NCBI GenBank assembly: GCA_041664445.1
Contig: JBAYKT010000004.1
Location: forward strand, 9,976-73,975
Reading direction: 5' to 3'
Origin: Patescibacteria group bacterium
Lineage (GTDB): Bacteria; Patescibacteriota; Patescibacteriia; Patescibacteriales; UBA12465
DNA: 64,000 nucleotides
Below, piece by piece: positions 26,695 through 36,311 of this stretch (within the stretch, counting starts at the first letter, position 1; each line of letters begins with the position of its first letter). A program made the translations under genes and the position numbers. The notes under the pieces were generated by a model. That model saw only the letters and a list, made by a program, of their open reading frames with translations, had not been told where the DNA came from and made no database searches.

Positions 26695-26719
26695 CTAATA
26701 TAAAATAATATGATAAATT
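26691..26719 (+). promoter_or_regulatory. Candidate promoter for 26776..27816 (TTGACT-17-TAAATT with TGn)
   Basis: TTGACT 26691-96 (overlaps the GT2 stop), TGa at 26711-13, TAAATT 26714-19. Confidence 0.4.
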
Positions 26720-26769
26720 AAATAAAGCTTTACTAAGCTGATACTTAAATAAATCTAAAAGCTTTATTT
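26720..26769 (+). promoter_or_regulatory. Perfect 12-bp inverted repeat in the 5' region of the sigma-r4/HARE-HTH gene
   Basis: AAATAAAGCTTT (26720-31) ... AAAGCTTTATTT (26758-69), 26-nt spacer, T-run to 26775, abutting ATG 26776. Could be a weak terminator for the GT2 gene or a 5'-UTR hairpin. Confidence 0.35.
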
Positions 26770-26775
26770 TTTTAT

Positions 26776-27816
26776 ATGGAAAATTTACTCGAAAAGATAA
26801 TTAAAGAAGAAAAATCCGAAGAACTCGGACGTCTAGACGCGATTAATATCGTTAACTCTTTGTTTTCTGAATTATTAGAAAGAGAGAGAGACGTGCTGAC
26901 CAGACGCTTTGGCCTTAAGGGTGATAAAAGCGAGACTTTGGAGAAAATTGGCGGCTTGCATAAACTAACTCGCGAAAGAGTTAGACAAATTGAAGCGGCC
27001 AGTATTCGAAAAATAAAGAAACTGGAGAGCTTAGAGGGTTATATTTCTGATCTTAAACAAGCCGTTCATAAACTGTTAGCTGAACACGGCGGTCTTATTA
27101 GACGTGATTATTTATTAGATATTTTGACGGTCATTGCTTTAGAGCTAAATTCCGAAAAATCAGGTCAGGCTGGCGACGATAAAATTCGTGAATCATATAA
27201 GAATCATTTTAATTTCTTGATTTCTAAGTTGATGGGCGATGATTTAGAACTGGTTAGCAATAATGACCGCTTTACCCCATCATTCAAGTTTAAAAATAAC
27301 GAAGTCACTCATTTGGAAGAATTGGCCGATGATTTATTAAATAAAGTTGACGGCTTAAAGAAAACCCTGAATACCGAGGAATTATTGGAAATTTTGAAGA
27401 AACTAGACGCTTATAATAAGCACCAAGAAAAGCTGCAGGATAAAATTGAAGGCCTAGATATCGAATCTGTCTTTAAGAGTCAAGTTTTCCCTGATAAAGC
27501 CGCTTTAATAAATGGTAATAAGGTTTTATACTCTTTAATGCAGGCCGTTAAGAACTTAGAACAGAATCGATATGGTGAATGGGGAATTGCTGATTGGCAA
27601 GAGATTAAGCCCAAAACCGTTAATGATAAGATTTACTTAATTTTAAAACATGAAGGCAAACCACTCCATTTTACTGAAATCGCCAATAAAATTAATGATA
27701 TAAAATTTGACAAAAAGAAAGCCAATGCCGCCACCGTTCATAACGAATTAATCCTTGATGGGCGCTATGTCCTAATCAGCCGCGGTACCTATGGCCTAAA
27801 GGAATGGCAGAAGTAA
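26776..27816 (+). CDS. Sigma-70 region 4 domain + C-terminal HARE-HTH domain protein
   Basis: N-terminal LLERERDVLTRRFGLKGDKSETLEKIGGLHKLTRERVRQIEAASIRKIKK is a near-canonical sigma70 region 4.2. C-terminal FTEIANKI...VHNELILDGRYVLISRGTYGLKEW resembles the HARE-HTH of the RNAP delta subunit. No region 2 is present. Confidence 0.7.
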   Translation: MENLLEKIIKEEKSEELGRLDAINIVNSLFSELLERERDVLTRRFGLKGDKSETLEKIGGLHKLTRERVRQIEAASIRKIKKLESLEGYISDLKQAVHKLLAEHGGLIRRDYLLDILTVIALELNSEKSGQAGDDKIRESYKNHFNFLISKLMGDDLELVSNNDRFTPSFKFKNNEVTHLEELADDLLNKVDGLKKTLNTEELLEILKKLDAYNKHQEKLQDKIEGLDIESVFKSQVFPDKAALINGNKVLYSLMQAVKNLEQNRYGEWGIADWQEIKPKTVNDKIYLILKHEGKPLHFTEIANKINDIKFDKKKANAATVHNELILDGRYVLISRGTYGLKEWQK

Positions 27817-27842
27817 AATCCCAAAACTAAACACTTTTTATA

Positions 27843-27880
27843 AGAGACCTAATCAAAGCTGATTAGGTTTCTTTTTTTTC
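27843..27880 (+). terminator. Terminator after 26776..27816
   Basis: 13-bp stem AGAGACCTAATCA / TGATTAGGTTTCT, loop AAGC, followed by TTTTTTTT. Confidence 0.75.
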
Positions 27881-27923
27881 TTAAAATATGATAAAATCTT
27901 AGTATCAAAAAGATAAACCGAAT

Positions 27924-29369
27924 ATGGATATCGTTATCAATACTGAGGGTATAGACAGATTTTTAAACCTGCCTCCGGACTTAATGTTTTGGGCTTTTTT
28001 TGCCAATTTCGGCTGGATAATAATTGGCATCTTTTTTATTTATGGAACCCTTCAGGTTTATTTATTATGGATACGTGATAAATGGTCAGAAACTCATAAA
28101 AATGTTCTACTAGCGGTTGATATTCCTAAGGCTAATGAGCAATCGCCAAAAGCGGTAGAGAATATGTTTACTTATTTGGCTGGCGCTCACGGTTCTATTA
28201 ATTTTTTTGAAAAATGGTTTGAAGGGAAGTATCAAAAATCTTTTAGCTATGAAATTGTTAGCTTGGAAGGCTATACGCAATTTTTGATTAGAACGCCAGC
28301 GGAATATAAAAATTTGATTGAGTCCTCGGTTTATTCTCAATATCCGGATGCTGAAATTTCGGTGGTCGATGATTATGTTGATTCTGTCCCGCAGCACTAT
28401 CCCGATGAAGAATATGATGTCTGGGGAACGGAATTTATGCAGGCCGGTCCTTGGGTGTACCCTATAAAAACTTATGAGGAGTTTGAGCATAAAATGGGAC
28501 CGAGCGAAACTCAGTTTAAAGATCCGATGGCTGCTTTAATGGATTTATGCGGTTCTTTGCGCCAGGGCGAGCAGCTTTGGATTCAATTTTTGGTAATTCC
28601 TATCGGTTTTGATTGGGTTAAAGAGGCGGAAAAAGAAATCGATAAAATTTTAGGGCGGAAACCAAAGTCTAAGCCAAGTTTAGCAATGCAGGGCGTTGAG
28701 GCTTTAGGCAACGCCAGTGAAATTTTGTATAGTATTTGGGGGGATGTTGAAACTAGTAAAAAGGAGGAAAAGCAAAAAACCATGATGGATTTGAATCCTT
28801 TGGAGCAGAAGAGAATCGAGGGTGTTCATAAAAAATTATCAAAGTTGTCTTTTGAGGCTAAAATTAGAGTGGTCTATGTCGCTAAAAAAGATGTGATGAA
28901 TAAAGCCAAGGTGGCTAATGGCATGGTTGGTTATATGAAACAATTTGCCGCTTTGGATTTAAATAATTTGAAACCGGATATTAAAAAAACTTTTACTAAA
29001 ACCGTTTATTTTCGCCAAGTGCCTCGTTTGAATTTAAAAAAGAACAAGATTTTTCACGCCTATACTTTGCGTTCCGATGGTCGCGGAATTAGCCCCGGCA
29101 TCTTTAACATTGAGGAACTGGCGACTTTGTGGCACTTTCCGGTGGAGGCTAATGTTAAGGCTTCGTTAGTTCAAAAAGCGCCGGGTCGAAAAGCGGATGC
29201 GCCGTCATCATTACCGCTCGCCTCGGAGCTAACTACCGCTGATGATAGTTTCTTGAAGACCGGAATTTTTTTAGAAAATAGAGAACAGCCGAATACTTAC
29301 TCGGAAAAACCTTCGTCATCCTTGGAAGAGGACGGCTCGACACCCCCGGATAATTTACCTTTTGTTTAA
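27924..29369 (+). CDS. Conserved-looking membrane-anchored hypothetical protein
   Basis: N-terminal TM pair (LMFWAFFANFGWIIIGIFFIYGTLQVYLLWI) followed by a ~400-aa soluble region (LLAVDIPKANEQSPKAVENMF ... ELATLWHFP). No assignable domain. Confidence 0.7.
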   Translation: MDIVINTEGIDRFLNLPPDLMFWAFFANFGWIIIGIFFIYGTLQVYLLWIRDKWSETHKNVLLAVDIPKANEQSPKAVENMFTYLAGAHGSINFFEKWFEGKYQKSFSYEIVSLEGYTQFLIRTPAEYKNLIESSVYSQYPDAEISVVDDYVDSVPQHYPDEEYDVWGTEFMQAGPWVYPIKTYEEFEHKMGPSETQFKDPMAALMDLCGSLRQGEQLWIQFLVIPIGFDWVKEAEKEIDKILGRKPKSKPSLAMQGVEALGNASEILYSIWGDVETSKKEEKQKTMMDLNPLEQKRIEGVHKKLSKLSFEAKIRVVYVAKKDVMNKAKVANGMVGYMKQFAALDLNNLKPDIKKTFTKTVYFRQVPRLNLKKNKIFHAYTLRSDGRGISPGIFNIEELATLWHFPVEANVKASLVQKAPGRKADAPSSLPLASELTTADDSFLKTGIFLENREQPNTYSEKPSSSLEEDGSTPPDNLPFV

Positions 29370-29402
29370 TTAGAGAATTGGCGTTTAATAAATAAAGCAA
29401 AA

Positions 29403-30599
29403 ATGAAAATAGGGATTGATGCTCGCTTCTATGGCCCAGTCGGCAAAGGTTTAGGCCGCTACACCCAAGAAGTAGTTGATAATATAATAATGATAAATGA
29501 AGCCCAAGGAGTCGATTCTCCCGGGGTTTTTGATTTTGTAATATTTTTAAGTCCTGATAATTTTGATGAGTTTATTTCTTCTAGTTCGCGAGTTAAAAAA
29601 GTTTTAATTAATATCCCTTGGTATTCTTGGAGCGAACAACTAAAACTCCCGTTCTATATTTGGCGCGAACATTTAGATTTAATGCATTTTCCTCATTTTA
29701 ATATTCCAATTTTAACGCCGACTAAATTTGTCATGACTCTTCATGACTTGATTTTGACTCATTTCCCGACAGTGCGCGCCACCACCAAAAGCAACTTTGT
29801 TTACTATTGGAAAAATTTAGCTTATCGCTTAGTTACTAAAACGGCGATTAGGAGAGCACAGCGTGTAATTACCGTTTCCGAGTTTACTGAGCGTGATATT
29901 ATTTATAATTTCCCGGAGGCCTCGGGGAAAATAACAGTTACTTACGAGGGAGTAGCTAACTTGAAGCGCGGACGCGATTCTTTGTTTGTTGCTAAATTAG
30001 ATAGCCGGGAAACTTTAGAAAAATATCATTTAGGAAACAATTTTTTGCTTTATGTTGGCAATGCTTATCCACACAAAAATTTGGAAGCCTTAATTAGAAC
30101 TTTTTCGCAGTTGCGCGCCGAGATGTCTGATTTAAAACTAGTTCTAGTTGGCAAGGAAGATTTTTTCTATAGCCGGATACATGATTATGCCAAATCTTTA
30201 AATTTATGGCAGAAGGAAAATATTAACAGTCCGGTAGTTTTTCCTGGCTATGTCCCCGATGCGCAATTAGAAATAATTTATCAAGCGGCCAAAGCTTATA
30301 TTTTTCCTTCTTTGTACGAGGGTTTCGGCTTGCCACCGCTAGAAGCGATGGCTAAAGGCTGTCCGGTCGCCAGTTCTGACCGGGCGAGCTTGCCGGAAAT
30401 TTTGGGAGACGCGGCGGTTTATTTTAATCCCGAGGATGATGACGATATGCTGGCTAAAATCAAACAGATTTTAAATAATCCAGATTTTAGAAATGAACTC
30501 ATTACTCGCGGTTTGAATAAAGTTAAAAATTATAGCTGGTGGGAATGCGCGCGTGAAACCTTCGCCGTTTATGAACAATCCTTAAAAGATAAAAAATGA
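29403..30599 (+). CDS. Family 4 (GT-B, GT1-clan) glycosyltransferase
   Basis: C-terminal EGFGLPPLEAMAKGCPV motif and overall GT4 layout. Confidence 0.85.
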   Translation: MKIGIDARFYGPVGKGLGRYTQEVVDNIIMINEAQGVDSPGVFDFVIFLSPDNFDEFISSSSRVKKVLINIPWYSWSEQLKLPFYIWREHLDLMHFPHFNIPILTPTKFVMTLHDLILTHFPTVRATTKSNFVYYWKNLAYRLVTKTAIRRAQRVITVSEFTERDIIYNFPEASGKITVTYEGVANLKRGRDSLFVAKLDSRETLEKYHLGNNFLLYVGNAYPHKNLEALIRTFSQLRAEMSDLKLVLVGKEDFFYSRIHDYAKSLNLWQKENINSPVVFPGYVPDAQLEIIYQAAKAYIFPSLYEGFGLPPLEAMAKGCPVASSDRASLPEILGDAAVYFNPEDDDDMLAKIKQILNNPDFRNELITRGLNKVKNYSWWECARETFAVYEQSLKDKK

Positions 30600-33124
30600 T
30601 TAACGAAACTAATAAAAATAAGCGAGTAGAAATGGAAAGAGCCCGATACTCTAGTTTTGTTGTAGATTTGCGACAGTCTTTAAACTCGGCAGCTAAGCCT
30701 AGCGTCTCCGAGAGTCATAAATTTGAATTTAAAAAACCAAAATTCTCTTTAGCTCATAAATTTAAAGGGCCAAAATTATCTCTTCGAGTTAATCTGCCGG
30801 CCATCCCTAGAATACATTTACATTTTCGCTCCCCGAGAAGTAATTTTTTTAGCTCCCATCATAATTTAAAGAAAAGTTTGTTTCGTATTTTTAAAACTCA
30901 GCGTCGCAGCGCTAATAATCTTTGGCGGGCGGCAGTTGTGGAGCAGCATCGTATTCTTGGCGCCCGGTTTAGATTTAACGGCCAAGAACGTTTAGCGGTT
31001 GCGGAAAACAAAGTTGTTTGGTACCGATCAATTTTATCCTTTGTTTTAGTTTTGATTTTTATAATTATTCCGATTAAACTTTTAGCCTATTTTGAAATTT
31101 TAGATTTTAAAAATTTAGAAACCAAAGTTTTAAGCAGTTCCAAAATGGCTTTTAATAATTTGGTGTCCGCCGCTAATTCAGTTTCAACCATGAATTTTCA
31201 GGAGGCGAGCACGGAATTTTCTCAAGCCGGAAATGGGTTTTTGCAGGCCCAAGAAGATTTAAGCGTTATTAGCGATTCTTTATTATTCTTAGCTTCTTTG
31301 TCTGGAGATCCAAAAATGAAATTAGCGGCTGAGAGTAAGCGATTTTTAGCGGCCGGAGCGCTTAGTTCTTCTTTGGGGAAAAATCTGGTGCTGGCGACCG
31401 ATAGTTTATTTAATCAACAATCAGATAATTTTTTAGGGGCTTTGGATGGTTTTGTTAAATATGGACGCTTGGCAGTGAACGATGCCAATGATTTAGATAA
31501 GATAATCAGTAAGATAAATCCTGATAATTTACCGGAAGAATATCGGGCAAAATTTTTAACTCTAGCCAGTCAAACTAAAAGTTTAAGTACTAATTTGGAT
31601 AATTTTGTTTCCGCCGCCGATAAAATGCGCGAAGTTTTTGGCTTAAGTAAAGATAAACGGTATTTACTTATTTTCCAAAATAATTCCGAGTTAAGAGCTT
31701 CCGGCGGATTTTTAGGAAGTTATGCGCTTTTGGATATGAGCGGCGGCAAGATTAAGAATTTAGAAGTGCCTGGTGGCGGTTCTTACGACACTGAAGGCGG
31801 GATGAGCGTTAAAGTTAAGGCGCCGCGCCCGCTATGGTTAGTCAATCCTCTCTGGCATTTTTGGGATGCTAATTGGTGGCCAAATTGGGTTAGAACTTCG
31901 CAAAATTTGATGTGGTTTTATGAGAAAAGCGGCGGTCCGACGGTTGACGGCGTTATTGGTATTACGCCGACAGTCGTTGAAAGACTTTTAGAGATTACCG
32001 GTCCAATTGATTTAACTGAAGATTATGGCCTAGTGATTGACAGCAACAATTTTTGGGAAACCGTTCAAACGGTAGTCGAGCATAAAAATTTAGAAAAAAC
32101 TAATCCGGGAGCTACGGCTGATTTTAAAGAGGCTAGCGGATTTAAGGAATCTACTACCACAATTGATTTTTCCGTGCCTCTAGAGCAGGGATTAGATAAG
32201 AACGTTGATAATAAGCCTAAAAAAATTATTGGTGATTTGATGGCTAAGATTTTGGAGACTCTGCCGCAAAAATTAAATCGCGATAGTTTGGTTAAAATAA
32301 TTTCTGCCTTTGAAGATAGTTTAGCGGAGAAGCAAATAATGTTTTATTTTACCGATCCGGCTTTAGAGTCGGAAGTGAGTGCGCGCAATTATGGCGGTGA
32401 AATAAAAAATGCCCCGCGTGATTATTTGTTAGTGGTCAATACTAATATTGCCGGCCAGAAGTCTGACCGAAAAATAATTGAAAAGATTGAGCAGTTATCG
32501 CAAGTTAGTTCGGATGGAAAAATTATCAATCAAGTTAAAATTATTAGAGCTCATTCCGGGCAAAAAAATGAAATTTTGACCGGCGTAAGAAATGTAAATT
32601 GGCTGCGAGTTTATGTACCCGCGGGCAGTCGCTTATTATCCGCTTCCGGGTTTCAAGTTCCTGATGCCGCCTATTTTGAAGAGCCGGATAGTTCTTGGGA
32701 AAGCAGCGAATTACTAGCCAATGAAGAAGCGGCTGTCACCGATCCCGTTAGCGGCGCTAAAATATATCAAGAAGACGGGAAAACTGTTTTTGCCGGCTGG
32801 GTAATGGTTGATCCTGGACAAACAGTGGAAATAAATTTAAGTTATGAGCTGCCATTTAATTTTTTTGAAGCCACTACTGATAATGGTTTTTTAAGCAGAT
32901 TAAACAATTTGTTAAACCCGGATTCTAAAAATTTATGGTCGTATTCGCTGCTAGTCCAAAAACAACCGGGAGCCGCCGCTAGCCAGTTCCATGGCCGTTT
33001 GGATATCGCCGAGCCGGTAGAAATTTTTTGGAAGCATCCGGATAATTTATCCTGGTCTAATGGTTGGGAAATTTTCGATGAAATAAGCGCCGATAAATAT
33101 TTTTCCGTGTTATTAAAAAAATAA
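30596..33124 (+). CDS. DUF4012-like membrane-anchored extracytoplasmic protein
   Basis: Basic N-terminal tail, one TM (ILSFVLVLIFIIIPIKLLAYF), and LIFQNNSELRASGGFLGSYALL, which matches my memory of the DUF4012 NN.E.R..GG..G box. The start overlaps the GT4 stop (ATGA). Confidence 0.75.
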   Translation: MINETNKNKRVEMERARYSSFVVDLRQSLNSAAKPSVSESHKFEFKKPKFSLAHKFKGPKLSLRVNLPAIPRIHLHFRSPRSNFFSSHHNLKKSLFRIFKTQRRSANNLWRAAVVEQHRILGARFRFNGQERLAVAENKVVWYRSILSFVLVLIFIIIPIKLLAYFEILDFKNLETKVLSSSKMAFNNLVSAANSVSTMNFQEASTEFSQAGNGFLQAQEDLSVISDSLLFLASLSGDPKMKLAAESKRFLAAGALSSSLGKNLVLATDSLFNQQSDNFLGALDGFVKYGRLAVNDANDLDKIISKINPDNLPEEYRAKFLTLASQTKSLSTNLDNFVSAADKMREVFGLSKDKRYLLIFQNNSELRASGGFLGSYALLDMSGGKIKNLEVPGGGSYDTEGGMSVKVKAPRPLWLVNPLWHFWDANWWPNWVRTSQNLMWFYEKSGGPTVDGVIGITPTVVERLLEITGPIDLTEDYGLVIDSNNFWETVQTVVEHKNLEKTNPGATADFKEASGFKESTTTIDFSVPLEQGLDKNVDNKPKKIIGDLMAKILETLPQKLNRDSLVKIISAFEDSLAEKQIMFYFTDPALESEVSARNYGGEIKNAPRDYLLVVNTNIAGQKSDRKIIEKIEQLSQVSSDGKIINQVKIIRAHSGQKNEILTGVRNVNWLRVYVPAGSRLLSASGFQVPDAAYFEEPDSSWESSELLANEEAAVTDPVSGAKIYQEDGKTVFAGWVMVDPGQTVEINLSYELPFNFFEATTDNGFLSRLNNLLNPDSKNLWSYSLLVQKQPGAAASQFHGRLDIAEPVEIFWKHPDNLSWSNGWEIFDEISADKYFSVLLKK

Positions 33125-33134
33125 AATAATATAT

Positions 33135-35135
33135 ATGGCCAGTGGTAAAAAAGTTAAAAAAATAATTAGAATTGATAAGGAAGAGAATTCCGGTTTGTCG
33201 GCTTTTGTTGAGCGCCCGGTTCCCACTGAAAACGAAGTGGAAAATTTTGAACGCGTAGTCGGGCAAGAAATCAGGCATCAAGAAATCGATTCTAAGTTGA
33301 CGGAAATTTATAGCGATAAAAAGGGGGCGCTAATCAATGTCAAAAAGATGACCGTCAAACGCCAGCAAATTTTTATGATTAAAATCCTTAAACAGCTATT
33401 TACCGTTGTTCTCTTGGCTCTCGCCGCTTATTTTTCTTATTTTTATTTTTTTAATCGCGGCAACGATATGAGCGGCTTGGAATTTTCTATTGTTGCTCCG
33501 GATAATATCAAAGCGGGTGAAGAATTTTCTTATCAAATAAAATATGATAATCCGACCAAATTTCCGCTAGCCAATATTCGTCTGGAACTTCAATATCCGG
33601 ATAATTTTATTTTTTCTTCCGCCTCCTTAACTCCTAGCAGTGGTAATTATGGTTTTAGTTTGCCTGATTTAGCTTCCGGAGCCAGTGGCTCTTTATTGGT
33701 AAGCGGCAAGATGATTTCTCCGGCCGATTCGGTTAATGTAATTTCCGGACGCCTGACTTATATTCCGTCTAATTTTTCTAGTGAATTTAAAAAAGAGAGC
33801 TCGGCGGCTACGGTCGTTAGCGGTATTGGTTTTCAAGTCGGAGTCGAAGCTTCTAATACGGCTTTTTTGGGGCAAAATAATGAAATAAATATTTCTTTTT
33901 TTCAAGTTGATGATAATCAGCTTGGAGATTTCAATATTAAATTTATACTGCCGGGAGACGGGGTAACTAGTTTTAATGATGTTAATCAGAGCGCAACCTC
34001 TTCCGCTATTGCTTCCACTAGTTCAAGCACTAGATTGCAAATCGTCGGCGAGGGAGCTAATACCTGGTTGGTCTCAGGGTTAAGCGTAGAAAACTCCAAT
34101 CAGAAACTAGCTTTTAATTATTTGTTTAAGAATCAGCCCGATAAAACTGATATAGTAATTAGATTAGAGAAGAAATTGGCTGACGGGCAAACCTATGTTT
34201 TTTGGGAAAAAACACTTAGCCCGGAAATTGTAAAAAGTGATTTGAATTTGACTCTATTTTTAAATGGTTCTAAAAATAACGGTGCGGCCAGTTTTGGTGA
34301 TACTTTAAATTATACCTTAAACTACAGTAATAAAGGCGCTAATAGTTTTAAAGACGCGGTAATTATGGCTGTGGTTGACGGTTATTTTTTAGATTTGTCC
34401 TCAATTCACGCGGATAAAAATGGCGAAACCCAAAATGGCAAAATAGTCTGGACTAAACAGGCATTGCCGGCACTGGCAGAAATTAAGCCTGGCGACGAAG
34501 GTGAAATAAATTTTTCTGTTAAGTTAAAAAATTATCAGGAAAGCGACTTCGGTAATAAATTGGAAATTTCCGCTTACTCGCAGTATGGAATTGATAATAA
34601 AAACGCGGCCGAGAACAATAAAAGCAATATCATTGTCACTAAGCTTAATAGTGATTTAGTTTTAGCCGAACAAGTCCGCTATTTTGACGATGATAATGCT
34701 CCGGTTGGTTCTGGACCTCTGCCACCAAAAGTGGGGGAGAAGAGCAGTTTTAAAGTTTATTGGACTGTTAAAAATAATTTGCACGAACTGAGCGCGACCA
34801 GTGTTATTCTGAATTTACCGGCCCAGGTTTCTTGGGATAATTCAGTGAGCGCCGGAGTCGGAAACTTATACTATGATAGTTCGCGCCATGCAGTCGTTTG
34901 GGATATCGGCCGCTTGCCGGTTTCTGTTTATCAAGTTGACGCTTCCTTTTCAATTTCGGTAATACCAAACTCGGCCGATCAAGATAAGATTTTAATCCTT
35001 TCTCCGGGCTCGGTTATTACCGCGCTTGATAACGAAACACAATCTACCATTACTAAAAAAACCAGCGCTAAAACTACCAAGTTGGAGGATGACGATATTG
35101 CTGGTTTAAATAATTCTGGTCGGGTATCTCAATAA
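33135..35135 (+). CDS. Membrane-anchored surface protein with repeated DUF11/CARDB-like beta domains
   Basis: Cytoplasmic N-terminus, TM (LFTVVLLALAAYFSYFYFF), then repeated blocks such as AGEEFSYQIKYDNPTKFPLANIRLELQYP and FGDTLNYTLNYSNKGANSFKDAVIMAVV. Confidence 0.65.
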   Translation: MASGKKVKKIIRIDKEENSGLSAFVERPVPTENEVENFERVVGQEIRHQEIDSKLTEIYSDKKGALINVKKMTVKRQQIFMIKILKQLFTVVLLALAAYFSYFYFFNRGNDMSGLEFSIVAPDNIKAGEEFSYQIKYDNPTKFPLANIRLELQYPDNFIFSSASLTPSSGNYGFSLPDLASGASGSLLVSGKMISPADSVNVISGRLTYIPSNFSSEFKKESSAATVVSGIGFQVGVEASNTAFLGQNNEINISFFQVDDNQLGDFNIKFILPGDGVTSFNDVNQSATSSAIASTSSSTRLQIVGEGANTWLVSGLSVENSNQKLAFNYLFKNQPDKTDIVIRLEKKLADGQTYVFWEKTLSPEIVKSDLNLTLFLNGSKNNGAASFGDTLNYTLNYSNKGANSFKDAVIMAVVDGYFLDLSSIHADKNGETQNGKIVWTKQALPALAEIKPGDEGEINFSVKLKNYQESDFGNKLEISAYSQYGIDNKNAAENNKSNIIVTKLNSDLVLAEQVRYFDDDNAPVGSGPLPPKVGEKSSFKVYWTVKNNLHELSATSVILNLPAQVSWDNSVSAGVGNLYYDSSRHAVVWDIGRLPVSVYQVDASFSISVIPNSADQDKILILSPGSVITALDNETQSTITKKTSAKTTKLEDDDIAGLNNSGRVSQ

Positions 35136-35157
35136 TATCAGCATTTAAGTTAATCTA

Positions 35158-36267
35158 ATGTTCAAATTAATTAAGACTAAGAAAAACGGTTTACGCCAAG
35201 GAGAAATTAAAATTCCTCATGGGCTTTTAAAGACGCCGTTTTATATGCCGGATGCCACGCGCGGTTTTGTTAAATTAACTGACAATCATGACCTAATTAG
35301 AACCGACACCCGCGCCTTAGTTGTTAATACTTTTCATCTTTATCTTCAGCCGGGATTAAAAACTATTAAAAAGGCGGGCGGAATCCATAAATTTATGAAT
35401 TGGGACGGCCCGCTGTTATCTGACTCCGGCGGGTTTCAAGTTTTTTCCTTGATTCATAAAAATAGCCACATGGGGAAGATTAAAGACGAAGGCGTAACTT
35501 TTAAATCACCGCTTGACGGTTCTTGGCATGAGCTTACTCCGGAAAAATCAATTCAAATTCAATTTGAGCTGGGGGTAGATATGATGGTTTGCTTGGACGA
35601 TTGTCCGCCCAATGAATTCGCGCGCGCCGATTTAGAGATTGCGGTTGAACGCACTTTGCGCTGGGCAAAAAGATGCCGCCAGGAGTATGATAAGCAATTA
35701 AAAAAACGCCGACTCCCCGAGACTAAAAGACCATTGTTGTTTGCGGTCATCCAAGGCGGAGCCGAAATTGATTTGCGTGCCTATTGCGCCGCCGAATTGG
35801 TAAAAATTGGTTTTGACGGTTACGGTTTTGGCGCGCGACCGATTGATAAACAGGGAAATTTTTTAGAAGCTGTTTTGCGCCAAACAGCCACCTTTATTCC
35901 TAAAACGGCGATTAGATTCGCTTTGGGAATTGGTACGCCGGAGGATATTAAGCGCTGCGCGCTGATGGGTTGGGATATTTTTGATTGTGTTATTCCGACT
36001 CGCGAGGGCCGTCACGGACGTTTGTTTTTAGAAGTTAAGAGCGTAAAAAATAATTTAAAATATCAAACCATTAATATTAGTAACGCTAAATTTGCCGGAG
36101 ATTTTAGCTCAATTAATAAAAATAGCGCATTACCGGAACTGCGCAGTCATTCGCGCGCTTATTTGCACCATCTCTTTCGTTTAAAGGAACCTTTGGGACA
36201 AAAACTGGCCAGTTTGAATAATTTAGAGTTTTATCAGAAATTATTGAAAAATCTTGATAAAATTTAA
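35158..36267 (+). CDS. tgt: Queuine tRNA-ribosyltransferase (tRNA-guanine transglycosylase)
   Basis: TPFYMPDAT, LLSDSGGFQVFSL, LFAVIQGG, and the zinc site region CVIPTREGRHG. Confidence 0.9.
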   Translation: MFKLIKTKKNGLRQGEIKIPHGLLKTPFYMPDATRGFVKLTDNHDLIRTDTRALVVNTFHLYLQPGLKTIKKAGGIHKFMNWDGPLLSDSGGFQVFSLIHKNSHMGKIKDEGVTFKSPLDGSWHELTPEKSIQIQFELGVDMMVCLDDCPPNEFARADLEIAVERTLRWAKRCRQEYDKQLKKRRLPETKRPLLFAVIQGGAEIDLRAYCAAELVKIGFDGYGFGARPIDKQGNFLEAVLRQTATFIPKTAIRFALGIGTPEDIKRCALMGWDIFDCVIPTREGRHGRLFLEVKSVKNNLKYQTINISNAKFAGDFSSINKNSALPELRSHSRAYLHHLFRLKEPLGQKLASLNNLEFYQKLLKNLDKI

Positions 36268-36311
36268 GTTTTACTCTATACTGCTAGGCGTAAATATTAA
36301 TTTAATTTTTT

